Below, piece by piece: positions 25,140 through 38,711 of a DNA stretch of 64,000 bases; position 1 is the stretch's first letter; each line of letters starts with the position of its first letter. The notes beneath the pieces were generated by a model. That model ran no database searches. It saw nothing but the letters and a program-made list of their open reading frames with translations, and was not told the origin of the DNA. A program made the translations under genes and the position numbers. The stretch covers positions 4,080,404 to 4,144,403 of the forward strand of contig BFEA01000026.1 of assembly GCA_003427395.1 (NCBI GenBank). The letters are read 5' to 3'. The DNA is from Chara braunii (lineage: Eukaryota; Plantae; Charophyceae).

Positions 25140-25972
25140 GTTGTGTAAAGTCGATGAGTCGTCGTTGCTCACGCGTAGTAATAATCGCGGGTTTTAAAAT
25201 TGACTGTGAAGGGCGTTGTTTGCTTTCATGCCCCACACCGCGTCCTGAGGTTGTACAGCAGGTCCTCCTTTTTTTTAGATAGTGTTTAAAGAACGCTGTT
25301 GTGAGTTGTTGTCCGCAGGCATGGATGGCGATCTTCCAGGGTCTTCTTTGGGAGTGTCCGCGTATGTGTAGGCGGCAGGGTTGGTTTTTTGGGACGCGAG
25401 GGAAAAATGGCGGATTGGAGTGCCTAGCCTTTTTGGGGGCGGGAGAGGACGGATGGGGGGGGGGGGGGGGGAATGGCGGGGTCTTTGTACCTCCTGCGGG
25501 AGACGACCTCCACGTCGCGAGAAAATTCGTCCGTTGTGAATCGACGAAGGGGCGGGCTGAAGTGGACGGCCTGGCCTGTCCATGGTGTGCTGCGAGACCG
25601 CGCACCGTACAAAAGGGCATTCCGGGAGGCATTCCGTACCGCTGGCATTCTATCGCGACGGCTACAAAGGCATCGTCTGTGCATGGTATCATCGTCGCAG
25701 GCGTAGTCATCCGTTTGTCACGCTACGATCGCCGGGTTTGGGCTCCGCGGGCATCCACGTCCTCCTGCATCCACGTCAGCTAAGCGGCGTGCCATCGGAC
25801 TGGTCCTTCTTCCACAGCAGCCAAGCGCCGCATCGTCAACGTCGTCCGACGGCAAGGTGCCCGTCATCAACCTCCCGCCGCTCCTTCATCGTCGTCGTCC
25901 ACGTGGTCCGTCGTCCACGTCAGCCAAGCGCCGCAGCTTTCTGCATTCGGCACGCACTTCTTTGTGGACGAC

Positions 25973-27560
25973 ATGGCACCGCGCGACGCTTCAGGGAAGG
26001 CGAAAAGAAACAGCGGATCGGGCGACGGTGGGGAGACCCAAAAAGGCAGAGGGCACATACCGAAGTCGAAAAGGCCGCGCTTCGATGACGACAGCTCCGA
26101 ACATAGTGGGGATTTGCACGGCGAGGAAGAGTCGATGGTGAATGCACAAGGGCTGGACGTCGTGAAGCGATTGGGGTTTGGGCGGGATGGGGTGTCGAGG
26201 GAGCAGCTGGCCGCTGTGAAGCAAGGCTTGCTCGGTGGTGTCGCCGTCTCGTTGGCACGAACCCCGAGGTCGGCAGGGATTGTCATGACGGACGCGCGCG
26301 CGGCGAGACAAGTTTCGCCAAAGGTCGTGCACGTGGCGCCACGTCTGCCAATCCCAGCGCAACAGGCGGGGACTTCAGGGGTGGAAAAAACACCGTCCGC
26401 GCAAAAGGTCGACACGATGACGGGCGGTGGTCGGACGGCGGCGGCGGAAAACACCACTGCGAGCGGAGTCGCGGAGGGTGCGGGAGAATGACGTCCGCCG
26501 CGATGATGGGAGGAAGGATGCCAGGAGGGGGGGCGATGATGATGACGACCGTCCGGTTTCGGCGATGGTGAAGAAAGGGGTTAAAGAGGATGATCTCGAA
26601 GAGAGGTCGAAGTTGTGGATCGACTGCGACGCATTCTGGGGTCAGGGACCGGGGAAGCCATTGAGGGAGGCGGTAGGCGATTGCACGGACTACTTCGTCG
26701 CCATCGCCAACGGGGATGCAGGAGCGGAACCGCCTTCAATGCTGGTAATGCCTCCGAATGATGTGCCGCGCTTCAAGATCGACGACCCTGCGCAGCGTGA
26801 TCCGGCTCTGCGCAGAGCGCACAACGTGGAGAAAGTGGTGCTGCGTGCCATCCACGGCTGGATCTTCAAATCGTCGTCGAGGTCGACAGGCTTCGCTCGT
26901 GCAGAATCGTACGTGACAGTGGACTTCGCAACAGACGTTGCGGGAGCAATCTGGCAGGCTTTAGAATGGTCGAGAGTCGTTTCCCCTGCCCTTGTCTACC
27001 ACACGCTGGCGATGAAGATGGACGTGCCTCTGTGGTTCGCTGGAGTGAAAATTGTGGATAGGCCCGAAGACGACGACATGGCGGCGCGGCAGGAGGCGAC
27101 AATTCTGCGCCTGGCAGACTACTGGACAGATGCATTTTGGTGCGGACAATGGGCCGACGGTAGCCGCGTGAAACAGGATAGGTTGACGCGCCTTGCGGAT
27201 TGTCTTCGAGTTCTGTTGAGCGCGTGCATGTGGATCATGCGGATGGGCGGTGATGACGACCGCTCACACTACGAGGCATCATTCTACGCATCCATGCTTG
27301 CCAAACTGGCACTCATAGCGGCGGGTTCCTACATCTTCAACTGGCGGCGGCACATCGTTGACAGCGCCAACCTCGTCTTGGATCGTTTGGGGAAGGCCCA
27401 CCTCACGCTGGGAGATTACCCGCATTGCATCCCCGAATGGGCCGATTGCGGGTTGGTTTTCGGTCACAATGCGGCCCTCAAGAATGCAGCGGAAGCAGCA
27501 AAACACGGGTGGATCGGCAGCGGCCCACTGGCGGATGACGATGGCGATGACAAGAATTGA
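25973..27560 (+). pseudogene. Harbinger accessory ORF3 of unknown function (one frameshift near 26490)
   Basis: Low-complexity N-terminus with KSKRPR basic motif (25964..26491) joins a Trp-rich globular region of about 320 aa (26427..27560), inside the TIRs. Confidence 0.65.
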
Positions 27561-28639
27561 CACGTGGTTCATCCGCAAGGCCACGGAGGGATGGGGGTGA
27601 CGATGGGGGGGAATGATGGTGGGGATGGGGGGTGTTGTATGGAAGGTGAGATGGCCGGTCGCCGTTCCTGCGCAGCACTCCATGGCGATGGATGGGTACA
27701 ACCCCTCCATCGCGCTACACGTGTTGTCGTTGATGGTCGTGGTTGGAGCGCGCACGACACGTCAGGAATGAAGTAGAAGGCAGGTGGAGTACGTCGTTGC
27801 TGTGGTGCGCTTCGAGGGTGTACAGTTGGACTCGTGTTTTCAAATTCCACGTCAATATTCGTTTGTGGAAGGAATGCATGTAATTGAAGTCTCATTTCGT
27901 GTGTGAGAATTGTGTACTTGCATGTCCATGATTCGTTGCTGAAAGTTGGTTTTGTTGTCTTTCGTGTGAATGTATCATGTATGGAATGCGTTAATAGCGA
28001 TTGTTGTGTCCTTCAAATCTTTTGCTTCTGCAAGTGGCCCTTCGTCGGATGTGTGTCAAGTCTGCGTCCTTATCATCGCCTGCACCTGCGAAAACGGGAA
28101 CGACAAAAAAAACAAACCAGGACGAGAGAAACGAACCTGGCCATGCACTGTCGCAACGCATTTACTAAAGGTTGAGAAAGAAGTCGGTCGCCGAACGAAA
28201 GGAAGAAGCGGAATGCACGAAGAAGTCATCACATAGCAATCAAAACAAGCGCAGGAGTCGACGACATCGTTCAATTTGAAATAAAGCAGCGTTGTAAACC
28301 ACATACTCATAAGCTCGCCGAGGAGCTGTCAACCACCCCACCCACATCCCCACCACCACCGACATCGTTCAATTCCAAACAAAGTGCACAACCGAACCAC
28401 TGCCGACATGACGTCGAACGACCGCAGAGCCACGTCACTGGGAACCATAGACGAATTGGACAACCACACTACCGTCGACCATAAGAACGAACTCCGAAGA
28501 ATACCGCCCGCGACCGAAAACCATCTGCTTCGTCGCGCGCAAAAGCGAATGAGGGCGAACCCTCCTAACTAATCGAAGACGGAAGAACACGACTCGAAGC
28601 AAGTGTTATGCGTGTGAAAGACGAAGGCAGTGCACAGGA

Positions 28640-29984
28640 TCACAGGTGTTTCATTCGCTCCGCCAGCGCGTCGTGGAGCGCGAGGGCGGGACCGGTGGAC
28701 ATCAACATCGACACTGGCTGCAGGGGACGATGAATCCCCAGATCCACTCGGCGCCTCACCCCGTTCTCGTCGACCTCCCACAACAAATTCTCGTCGAACT
28801 TGACACCGGCATCGAGGAGGACATTGTGGAGAATGCAGACTGCCGTGAATTGTTGCGGTAGTGTTTCCAGGTTTGTCTTGTGTGTCCGCAGGAAGAGCCT
28901 CCACATCCCCTTCAACCTCCCGAACGCCCTCTCCACAGCCCCTCTTGCGACCTTCTGCTTCGTGTCGAACCTTTCCTCGTCGGGTGCTGATTGATTCCTC
29001 CGTACGACACAACTACCCATTCAGAGGGAGGATACCCGTTGTCTCCCAAGATGTAACCGTTCGTCCTCACCCCCCCGGCAGCGTCACAGGCGGCCCACGA
29101 AAAAGCACTCCCTGTTCCGCGCGCCTCGACAGACTCGACAGTTGGATCACCCTGATGTCGTGGCAGCTCCCCGGATATCCGACGAACACGTCTAGCACGC
29201 GCAGATCCAGGTCCACCACCACCTGCGCAATGACGGAGAAACGGTGCTTGCGGTCGAAGTAGTTCTCGCCGGGCGCGTTCGTCGGTTTGTCCACGTAGAT
29301 GTGTGTGCAGTCAACTGCGCCATGGTAGTTTGGAAAGCCCTTGTCCAGAAACGCCCGCGGCACGACTTGTTTTCGCACCCCCGTCGGCCACGATATCCTG
29401 TCACCATACACCCTCAACAAAGTGTTTGTCACATCGCGCACGGCCAGAATTCCGGAAGCCCTGCCTATGCCGAAAGATGAGGTGCTGTTGTCGTATGACT
29501 CTCCTGTAGCCCACCTGTACAGCGCATAGGCGACGATCTGCTCCGACGGAAGTGGCTCCCTGTAGAACGTCACCTGTCGTCGCAAGAGAGGTGCACAGGC
29601 TTCGCTGATCTCAATGAAGACTCTCCTCGACATGCGGAGCTTCTCCCGGAAGTAGCCGTCCGTCGGGTCATCGCAGAGCCGCAAATCCTCCCAAGTCCCG
29701 CCGGTTCTCCGCCTCATCCACCAACGTGGCGTCGTTCGAGGAACCACACCGCACCCTATTGCAAAGCATAGCTGAAGCACTGCCTCAGAAGTGGTAACGC
29801 AGTCAGGGGCGTCCAACACCCTCTGCAGCAGAATCCTCTGCCGCCGCCTGGAAAGCGTCACTTTCATGCGCCCAGCCGCCCTCTCAACCTGGAATCGACG
29901 GACAACTGCGACAGCAGCCGCCGCGACAGCTGTCTTCTCCGCACTGGACAGCACAGCGCGACCATCGTGATCGCAGCCCTCCAT
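28640..29984 (-). pseudogene. Harbinger DDE transposase (HARBI1 / DDE_Tnp_4-like), two frameshifts near 29070 and 28980
   Basis: GAVDCTHI, YFDRKHRFS, PGSCHD, ILGDNGYP and VERAFGRLKGMWR...CILHN; start MEGCDH is supported by the paralog at 12483. Confidence 0.93.
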
Positions 29985-31190
29985 TCCGCCCTTCGAACAG
30001 GAAAAGAAACCTTCCTCGCCACCCACCTGTGCGCACCTCTCCCACCGCGATTGAAGGCGCCTGCAATCAGGTCAGCAATGCAGCCGTGCTCAACGATGTT
30101 CCACACCGATTGGAGCGTCCGCCCACTGCCGCTGAAGTACGGAACCGCCGCGCCCCTCTGCGTCACGAGCGCAACTACGGGCAGCATACGAAGCGCGGTG
30201 CGGCGTCGAACACCCTGGAGACGTGGCGGTGCGGCGGCACCAAAGTGCGCAATGCCATGGCAGCCGAAACCCTTCGCGACGTGCACTGCCCCCCCTCCTC
30301 GCCGACCCGCGTGTGCGCCGCCACACCATCGCTCCGCATGGCGCAAATTCGAATTTCAAAATTCGAACGGGGCCGTTCCCGTGTTGGCGATTTTTTTTCT
30401 TCGCGCCCCGTGACGCAGTACCGCCGTCCGCCTGCTGGACCTCCACGCCTCCAACACGGACATCCCGAATCGAAAGTCGGACAACACCCTCGCGGCCGTG
30501 TATAATGTCATGAAACTGGCCGCGGGAGGGCCCCGAGGATTCGTCCTCGGGGCGATTCTCCGAGGACAGGTGGAACGACACCTCAAAAATACGTAAAAAA
30601 TTTCGAGGATTCGTCCTCGGAGTTCGAGGACGGCTCGAGGAGTGTCTAACGACGCCCTAACTTTTGGTTGAGGATTTAGTCTTGCAGATGGTTGAACTTC
30701 TGGTTTAACTTTTGGTTGAGGATTTGGTCTTGCAGACGGTTGAAAGTTGAGCAGTGTTGTGAAGATAGGAAGATAGGGAGACACATTCGCTAGAAGTAGA
30801 TAGTACAGCAATTAGGACTAGATAGAGCGACCTTTTGGATAGAGCCCTGACTGTGGTCGGGATGGGATTGGCCGGAAGTGCCTCTCCCAGCCTGTATGGC
30901 TGCAGTGTTTATGTGAAGGACGCCGGACCCTCTTTCCGGCAATATGAATAAATGACCTTTTCTTTAAAATAAAAAATAAAATAAATGAATAACAATAATA
31001 AAAAAATCGAAAAAAAGAAAAGGACAAGTGCTGCTCGTCCAATTCTTTTTTTTTTTCCATTTAAAAGCTATATTCTTCTCTCAATTTCACCTCACACTAC
31101 CTACCTACCACTACTCCTAATTGTAGGCATACGGGGAACCCCGTAGCAGCCAGAACCGTGTTCACGAGAGAACATGTGGGGGCTGCTCCC

Positions 31191-31385
31191 GACCTGCGGG
31201 TGGGCGATACCGGCTAGGGGACAGCCGGTAGCATCAGGGACCATGCCAACAGGACCAATCCCTGTGCCTCCCCTCAGGTCCCCTCCCCACCTGCAGGTGG
31301 GCGATACCGGCTAGGGGACAGCCGGTAGCATCAGGGACCATGCCAACAGGACCAATCCCTGTGCCTCCCCTCAGGTCCCCTCCCC
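31191..31385. repeat. Tandem duplication of about 100 bp
   Basis: gtgggcgataccggctaggggacagcc...ggtcccctcccc occurs twice. Confidence 0.85.
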
Positions 31386-31581
31386 TATGAACATCAGCAG
31401 ACTCTGCTAAATGCCAATTGGGGGATCCAGTGGTCTATCTCTAGGTGGCGGGCGCCAAGCATGCCCATGAAGGTACAATTCTGCTGGGGGTGAGGTCCCC
31501 CTGGCAAAGAGAATTGGATTTTTTTTTTTTAAACCTGGATGAATTCAAGTTTTGGGTAGAGATGCAGAAAAAATGGGGGGG

Positions 31582-31622
<41 letters not shown>

Positions 31623-31628
31623 ATAGCC

Positions 31629-31787
31629 GGGGGGCAAGGTTCCCCTGCCAAAGAGGAGTGGATGAAGTGCCCGAATCTGGATGTGTTTTATGTAGAGATG
31701 CAGAAAAGGACTTTCTGCACCGCTCCACATACACGTCCAGATTCAGTCATCAAATCCATTCCTCTTCGCTAGTGGGACCTCCCCCCA
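31629..31787. mobile_element. MITE family (GGTCCCACTAGC / GCTAGTGGGACC termini), degenerate copy
   Basis: Foldback structure; related copies at about 36510-36640 and 57880-58043. Confidence 0.6.
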
Positions 31788-32993
31788 GATTTACTCAAAC
31801 AACCTGTTCGTCCTGTACTCAGGATGATACTCATAAGAACCGAGAAATGGTCCAACCCCTCCTACCCACCCCCTCCCTCCCAAAAAAAAAAGAAAAAAAA
31901 AACACATCGAGAAACACCCTGCTCATTCCAATTATAACAGCAAACTGGTTTGCATGGCTAGTTTTGTCCTCTTTTTTTTTTTTTTTGCAAAAGCAATCAT
32001 CCAATTTATCAAAACCACACGCAATTGAGGCTGGGGACCTCACAAGTCAACCCGGAGTTATCCTGGCAGCCTTAGCCAGTTTCGCTTGTCTGTCAGCCCA
32101 ACCTGACGCAAAGACTGTGAAATCAACCGAAAACCACGGGGGTGTGTTTAAAAAAAAAAAAAAAAAAAACAATTACCTAGCCTATCAACTCTCAGCAGAC
32201 GACCACTCCGACAGCCACGGTGGCCCACATTGGTTCTAAACCGAACCTTCGGCCTCCAGTTCCAACCAAAGCTGTTGTGGGCCCACTGAGTGACCAACTG
32301 AAACCCTGCGCCAAAGCCACCCAACCAACCCACTGGTTAACCATACCTACTGATACTAGCATTTATTCTACAGTCAATAGACAAAAATAACCAAATGTGA
32401 GCCAACAAACAAAAATCCCACCCTGAGTGCATTATTCGCATTCGCAGCGGAGCCACTTGGAGAGGACCAACTTCCCTTCCAGCGTAACTGCAGCAACTCT
32501 GTTCCTTTTCCCCCACGAGCGGAGGAACCACAGCTGAGCCCGGTCTCTGGCCTGTCCTGTTCTGCAAAGAACTTTCTTCCTCCAATCCACTGTTATCATG
32601 TGACGAACAGTGGCTTTCATGCCCCCTTTCAGCATGTTCCGAGAAGTACTTGCAGTTAAACCACCAGTACCTCGCCCAGCTATCGAGTCCGAGCCTCGGC
32701 CGACCGGTACGCCGATCCGTGCCGACGCTTGGACTACCGGGCGCAGGCACCTCGAACGTGCAGAACGTGAACAACGGAAAAGACGGTGAAAAAAAACGAA
32801 AAAAAACAAAGAAATAAGAAAAAAGATCCGAACGTGCAGAAGGTACACAGCAAAGAAAACGGGAAAAAAAAGACAAAAAAAAACGAAGAAATAGGAAAAA
32901 CTACCGTTCTCTTCTTGCTATCTTTTCGAAAAACAAAACGGGAATGCATCTTCCCGCTTTCGCAGGAACATGCATTCCCGACATGTTTCTTTT

Positions 32994-33032
<39 letters not shown>

Positions 33033-33079
33033 GGCGGCCACCTGAACGGGAGGTCGCGCCGAACTCGCCGCCCCCCCTC

Positions 33080-33141
<62 letters not shown>
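32994..33141. repeat. (GT)n(GA)n and (TC)n(CA)n microsatellites in inverted arrangement
   Basis: Direct sequence. Confidence 0.85.
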
Positions 33142-33145
<4 letters not shown>

Positions 33146-34272
33146 AGTGTGACAGTGTATATTCTGACATAACAGGCCAGATTCATTCGATTTTGCTCAT
33201 CCTATAGTCGGAAGTACCAGGAGGCCAGCCGCGATGTTGGAGGCGGCGGGAATGAAGACTGTGGCAGTGTATATTGCCACGATTTAGCGCCANNNNNNNN
33301 NNNNNNNNNNNNNNNNNNNNNNNNNNNNNNNNNNNNNNNNNNNNNNNNNNNNNNNNNNNNNNNNNNNNNNNNNNNNNNNNNNNNNNNNNNNNNNNNNNNN
33401 NNNNNNNNNNNNNNNNNNNNNNNNNNNNNNNNNNNNNNNNNNNNNNNNNNNNNNNNNNNNNNNNNNNNNNNNNNNNNNNNNNNNNNNNNNNNNNNNNNNN
33501 NNNNNNNNNNNNNNNNNNNNNNNNNNNNNNNNNNNNNNNNNNNNNNNNNNNNNNNNNNNNNNNNNNNNNNNNNNNNNNNNNNNNNNNNNNNNNNNNNNNN
33601 NNNNNNNNNNNNNNNNNNNNNNNNNNNNNNNNNNNNNNNNNNNNNNNNNNNNNNNNNNNNNNNNNNNNNNNNNNNNNNNNNNNNNNNNNNNNNNNNNNNN
33701 NNNNNNNNNNNNNNNNNNNNNNNNNNNNNNNNNNNNNNNNNNNNNNNNNNNNNNNNNNNNNNNNNNNNNNNNNNNNNNNNNNNNNNNNNNNNNNNNNNNN
33801 NNNNNNNNNNNNNNNNNNNNNNNNNNNNNNNNNNNNNNNNNNNNNNNNNNNNNNNNNNNNNNNNNNNNNNNNNNNNNNNNNNNNNNNNNNNNNNNNNNNN
33901 NNNNNNNNNNNNNNNNNNNNNNNNNNNNNNNNNNNNNNNNNNNNNNNNNNNNNNNNNNNNNNNNNNNNNNNNNNNNNNNNNNNNNNNNNNNNNNNNNNNN
34001 NNNNNNNNNNNNNNNNNNNNNNNNNNNNNNNNNNNNNNNNNNNNNNNNNNNNNNNNNNNNNNNNNNNNNNNNNNNNNNNNNNNNNNNNNNNNNNNNNNNN
34101 NNNNNNNNNNNNNNNNNNNNNNNNNNNNNNNNNNNNNNNNNNNNNNNNNNNNNNNNNNNNNNNNNNNNNNNNNNNNNNNNNNNNNNNNNNNNNNNNNNNN
34201 NNNNNNNNNNNNNNNNNNNNNNNNNNNNNNNNNNNNNNNNNNNNNNNNNNNNNNNNNNNNNNNNNNNNNNNN

Positions 34273-34304
<32 letters not shown>

Positions 34305-34327
34305 AAAAAAAAGATGCCTGTTACAGT

Positions 34328-36200
34328 CTATTCGACATCCCAAACCACTTCCGCGGGTCCCCCCATCTCCTTCCAGTGGTAGGCCCACCACTTACAAATT
34401 CGAAACGAGAGAGGGCAAGTACCCCATAAGTGAATAGAGTCTTCCAGCCTCCAGTGGCACCTCACACACTGTACTTCCACATTCATACCTCGCAGAAAAA
34501 GTGTTTCTGAATCCAATGGAGCTCTGTGTGTGATCAGCCACAGAACAGACTAAATCCACTTTGACATTCATCAAACGAGGAAAGTGGAAAGTGGTTATCT
34601 CTCTGTGTCGAGTATACCTTCAGGATTTTTGCCATGGAATTCTCAATGGCCCAATGTAAATGAAAAAGTGCACGCAGTGAGACCCTAATCGCCATGACCC
34701 AGAATTTTCCTGCAGCCTCTTGAGCCTTCATGTCGTCGAGCTCCTTCTTCGTAGCCCATCGCCGAAACGTAACAGTATACCGCGCATTAGGGTCTATGGA
34801 ATGGTTGTTTGGATCTTGAATCACAATTCTATCCGATCCTTTGTCGGTCAGGAAATCAGCGATTTCTTTAGTAGTAGCGAGGCACGAATATAGATTCGCC
34901 CTTTCGTACTTGACGCGCCCCCTCTTCAAAGAGGTATTTACAGCTGGGTTGGAACACCAACCATCCTCATAGATCCTAATAAGCATTTCTTTTAACCTGT
35001 TCGGCAGAGCTTTGGCCTCATCCTGGAATATGACGACTACGGTTCGCTCCTTAAGCCATCGGACTACCACGTCATCCACCTTCGGGTTAAGAGTGATGGT
35101 CGCAGTACGGCCATCTACCGTGCATGTCCCGTGGTCTAGACTCTAGACCTTCCGGGAAAATACCGTACTCCAAACATTTTGCCACTAATGATTTGATACG
35201 TTCCGCCTCCGTTTTTTCGGAGGAGGCCATCTCTGATGGGAACAATACCCAGCACAACAAATAACTTAAAAGTATCCCTAGGACTAAAGATATGACTGCT
35301 AGCACTCCGATCATAGCGAGGACCAAGAGCTTTGGGGTCAAAAAGGTTATCAATCCATGCTATACTAACTTGCATGGGGTGCAGGGGTTCGAGGACCGCT
35401 GACCGCACCTCCCGAAGGAGGTGTCTGTGCTAAGGCTTTCGAATAAGACGCCCTTCTCCGTTCCAGATCACTCTCTCCCTCCTCTCACCACCGATCAAAT
35501 CTGAAGGAGCACTGCATGTCCGTACTTTCTTGTGATATCCGCTGAACATTCCGTTGAAGTGAGAGCAGAGGTCGCGTGATTCCTCACCCCTAGCCTGTCC
35601 CGCGACACTTCTCCTGGCAATGCTCCACCTCTTCCCTCCTAGTAAATGAAACTGGAAGTTCGACCACTGAAACTTTCCAACTTCATCCCGCTGGGGTTCA
35701 TTCCTCGTCCTGGCCGTAAGACAAGTGAGACTGCTGCATGTCTATACTTGGAGGGGTGGGCGACATGATGATATCCGCTCCTTAGGAGGGGCTCCCACTA
35801 ACCGCTACGCACTCCATATTGACTGGCTAAACCGCCAAGTCCATGCTCCACCAACCAACTTAACTCGTAGGCGCTTTGACTCCGCCTCCGTCTACGTACA
35901 TACTCCGTTGTCGAACGTTTTCTTCCGTCATTCTTCATCTGAGACGGGCGTCTATGCGACGCTCGTCATTACACATACTTCACATAGCTGTTCGTCACTT
36001 TCCAGGGACTCTTCATCAACCCCTACACCTCCCACGCCTCACTGAGATGGTTGGCATCGCCAAAGCGACGCGAGGTGGTGGTTGCTTCACATTTCCGCTC
36101 TGAGCGCGGAATAGTGACGGAAGAGCCCCGACCAGCTGCGCCGGCGGTGTGATGCGGCGCCGGCGGTGCGACGCAGAGCGTTACCGGACGCCCGTCACCC
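34328..36200 (-). mobile_element. 5' fragment of a second LINE (5' UTR plus degenerate ORF1 from 35230)
   Basis: VVRWLKERTVVVIFQ...EDGW...GRVKYERAN...RRWAT...KFWVMAIRV aligns with ORF1 of the first LINE; frameshifted and truncated near the gap. Confidence 0.8.
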
Positions 36201-37223
36201 TTTTGTCCTCTTTTCTAATCCAACTAGGTAGCTTCAAAAAGTTGTGTTTCCTTTTTTCCTTTTTTTTTCCTTTTTTTCAAAATCTTTTATCGAGTTTTCC
36301 GTGCTTTCCGACTTGTTGAGGGTTCAGATTAATTATCGCTATCCCCTCTTTTTGTAAACCACCCGTACTTGGCCCATCTATCGGCCGTGGGGGAAAAAAA
36401 TGGAGTAGAAACGTTTCTAGTCGGATGAATTTTGGCATTCGTGTAGTGACCCGTACATTTCCTAAAATCATCGCTTGTTAACGGGCACGGCTTTTAGGAA
36501 GTACTGGGCCGAGGCCCCACTAGCAAAGAGGATAGGATCAAGCTCCTGAATCTGCAGTTCAATCTGGATTTCCTGCACCTCTCCACAAACACGTCCACAT
36601 TCAGGCATTCGGTCCGATCCTCTTTGCTAGTGGGACCACGCCGCTGGTCGCTTGCTCAAGTTTTTTTTTCTTTTTGTTTATGGGGTGATCACAACTGTCT
36701 ATATTCTTCTCTCAACTTCTGTTTTTGTTTGCCTTCTACTACCTACTCCTAAGACTATCTAGAGGGGACCCCTTTGTTGTTTTTTTTTTTGCTTTTTGAA
36801 AGCCGTTTCTTCCTTCCCGTCTTTCACTTTTGTAAATTTGCTCACAAAATGCACATTAATCTTTGCAATGGGGATTTGGAAGGGTTTTTTTTTTTTTTTT
36901 TTTGCAACTGACATGTGGCTACGCCAGGGGCCTCAGCAGACAAAATGAATGTTCGAACCCACATCGAAATAGAACCCTTATTAGTGAAAATGTGAAATTG
37001 CAACAAAATCTACGCATTGATGAGGGGAGGGGCCGGCGTCTGCGGGAACACGGCACACACGTAGGCAGCACGCACATCAGAGGGCGGTCGTTGGCATTCT
37101 GCCATTTCACAATGCTGGCCAGCAGATTCTCCGATCATTCTCCAGAGAGACGCTCACGCTTTCTTTTCATTAAATTCATAATCCAGACCGTTCATACTTT
37201 ACCACTTTTCTTCTCTTCTTCAT

Positions 37224-37267
<44 letters not shown>

Positions 37268-37290
37268 AGGACGCCCTCGTTCTTGCCCTG

Positions 37291-37831
37291 GGGCCTGGAC
37301 CCACTAGCATAGATTTACGCTTCAGCAGTTTGGTTTTCAACGACGTGCGGCGAGAGGTGACATCCGGCGACCGTTGATCCTTTTGTGTATCTTTGGCGCA
37401 GGGCGATAAGGACCGATTTCGTGCAGGTATCTGTCCGCTGGCCAATGGAAGAGTTTCGTTTTCATTTTTTAGTCCATTTAGCTAGCCACTTTGCATTGGC
37501 GCAGAGCTGCAATATTGGAGTTTCTCAAGGGGGGGTGCGTTTTTGCAGCTTCGCGCCTTGCTTTTTTTTTTTGCAGAAATTGAGATTATTGAGATTTCCG
37601 TGGAAGACTGCGAACAGGCCGGCGGGCAGGTCGCATGCAGATGTACCGGGTTGGTGGAAGTGTGGATGCACTGAAGTTCTGTCATGATGTCGATGTCAGG
37701 GCCCGTAATTTTTCGTTTTTTGGGTCCTTTTCTGTGCATTCGTGTAAATGATAAAAAGCATTGTTTATGCGTTTTTAAATGAGAAAAGAACGCCACACAC
37801 CGATTTACTCGATGCTAGTGGGTCCAAGCCC
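37291..37831. mobile_element. Tourist-like (PIF/Harbinger) MITE, 541 bp
   Basis: TIR GGGCCTGGACCCACTAGCAT / ATGCTAGTGGGTCCAAGCCC; 3-bp TSD CTG on both sides. Confidence 0.8.
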
Positions 37832-38288
37832 CTGCGGCGGAAGAAAGCAGTTGCGCTAAGCACTGTTCCAATTTCCAACACCGCTTTCGGCCGTGTTAGG
37901 AATTTCACAGAACGTTCTATCTGGTGACTATATATATGGGGGCCTGTAGTTCATTGTCTGGGCCTGGCGTCCGAAGTTCCTGTTCGACAAGGTTCGTCCA
38001 ATTCCGCTTCCACCAGGGCTGGGTAACCCGTCAGCCCTGGTGCCTATCACTGCTGTTCGGTCCAAGTTGCCTGCTCGTGGGTAGGGCAATAGTCCTGAGT
38101 GCTGGTCACACTGAGGTAGGATAGTGGGATAGGGGGTGCGCTAGGAGTATTGACGTGAGGATGGGTTGGGATGGGGTCTTAGAAGGACACCCGCGGCTCA
38201 CAGTTCGAGGCGATCACTGTGCAATCACTGACTGACCTCTACAATACCCTGGACTTAAAAAAAAAAAAAAAAAAAAAAAACGCATGTA

Positions 38289-38319
<31 letters not shown>

Positions 38320-38678
38320 GTGGTTCTCAAAGTGGTTGGTAGGTTATTCTCCTCTGTAGGAGGGCAGCAGCTGGAAAGTTGTGGGGTATGGAGGGAGTAC
38401 CGCCAGGCCACCGGGAGCTCATGCTCCACCACTCCGTCTTAGGGGAGGGTTCAGTTCTCAGGCATCTGTGTTAGTCTGACTCAGAAGGTTTTCACTACGT
38501 AAGTAAGTGGCACAGGCCATTGGGGATTAGGTCCCCGCCCGCGGGGCTGGTCTTCGCTTCGGCCCCGTAAGCGAAACGGGGTAATGCTCCCAAAGGTTAC
38601 TTTCCAGGTAGACTGTGAGGACCCTGGCCGCCAGACTCTATTTTGAAATATCAGCATTGGGCACTGCGTCCGCGAGTG

Positions 38679-38711
<33 letters not shown>

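Larger units (their letters stand above)
22683..30657. mobile_element. PIF/Harbinger DNA transposon, three genes
   Basis: 24-bp perfect TIRs GGGCGTCGTTAGACACTCCTCGAG / CTCGAGGAGTGTCTAACGACGCCC; TAA TSD (22680-22682, 30658-30660); subterminal CCTCG/CGAGG repeats; transposase and Myb/SANT genes. Confidence 0.96.
15486..30986 (+). mobile_element. Full-length degenerate L1/Tx1-like LINE (about 7.5 kb excluding the nested Harbinger)
   Basis: ORF1 plus ORF2 (APE, RT, Cys/His C-terminus); 3' UTR resumes after 30660; AATAAA and A-rich tail; TSD GAATAACAATAA at 15470-15481 and 30987-30998. Confidence 0.85.

Noticed and set aside
22974-30580. Many overlapping antisense ORFs inside the Harbinger
   Set aside because: Shadows of GC-rich coding sequence.
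32337-33186. Possible host-gene 5' region (microsatellite-rich leader, short minus-strand ORFs)
   Set aside because: No recognisable protein or supported splice structure.
33183-34437. Long ORFs across N gaps (also at 11.2-12.2, 40.9-41.5, 42.8-43.5, 54.5-55.1 and 59.8-60.8 kb)
   Set aside because: Artefacts of translating N runs.
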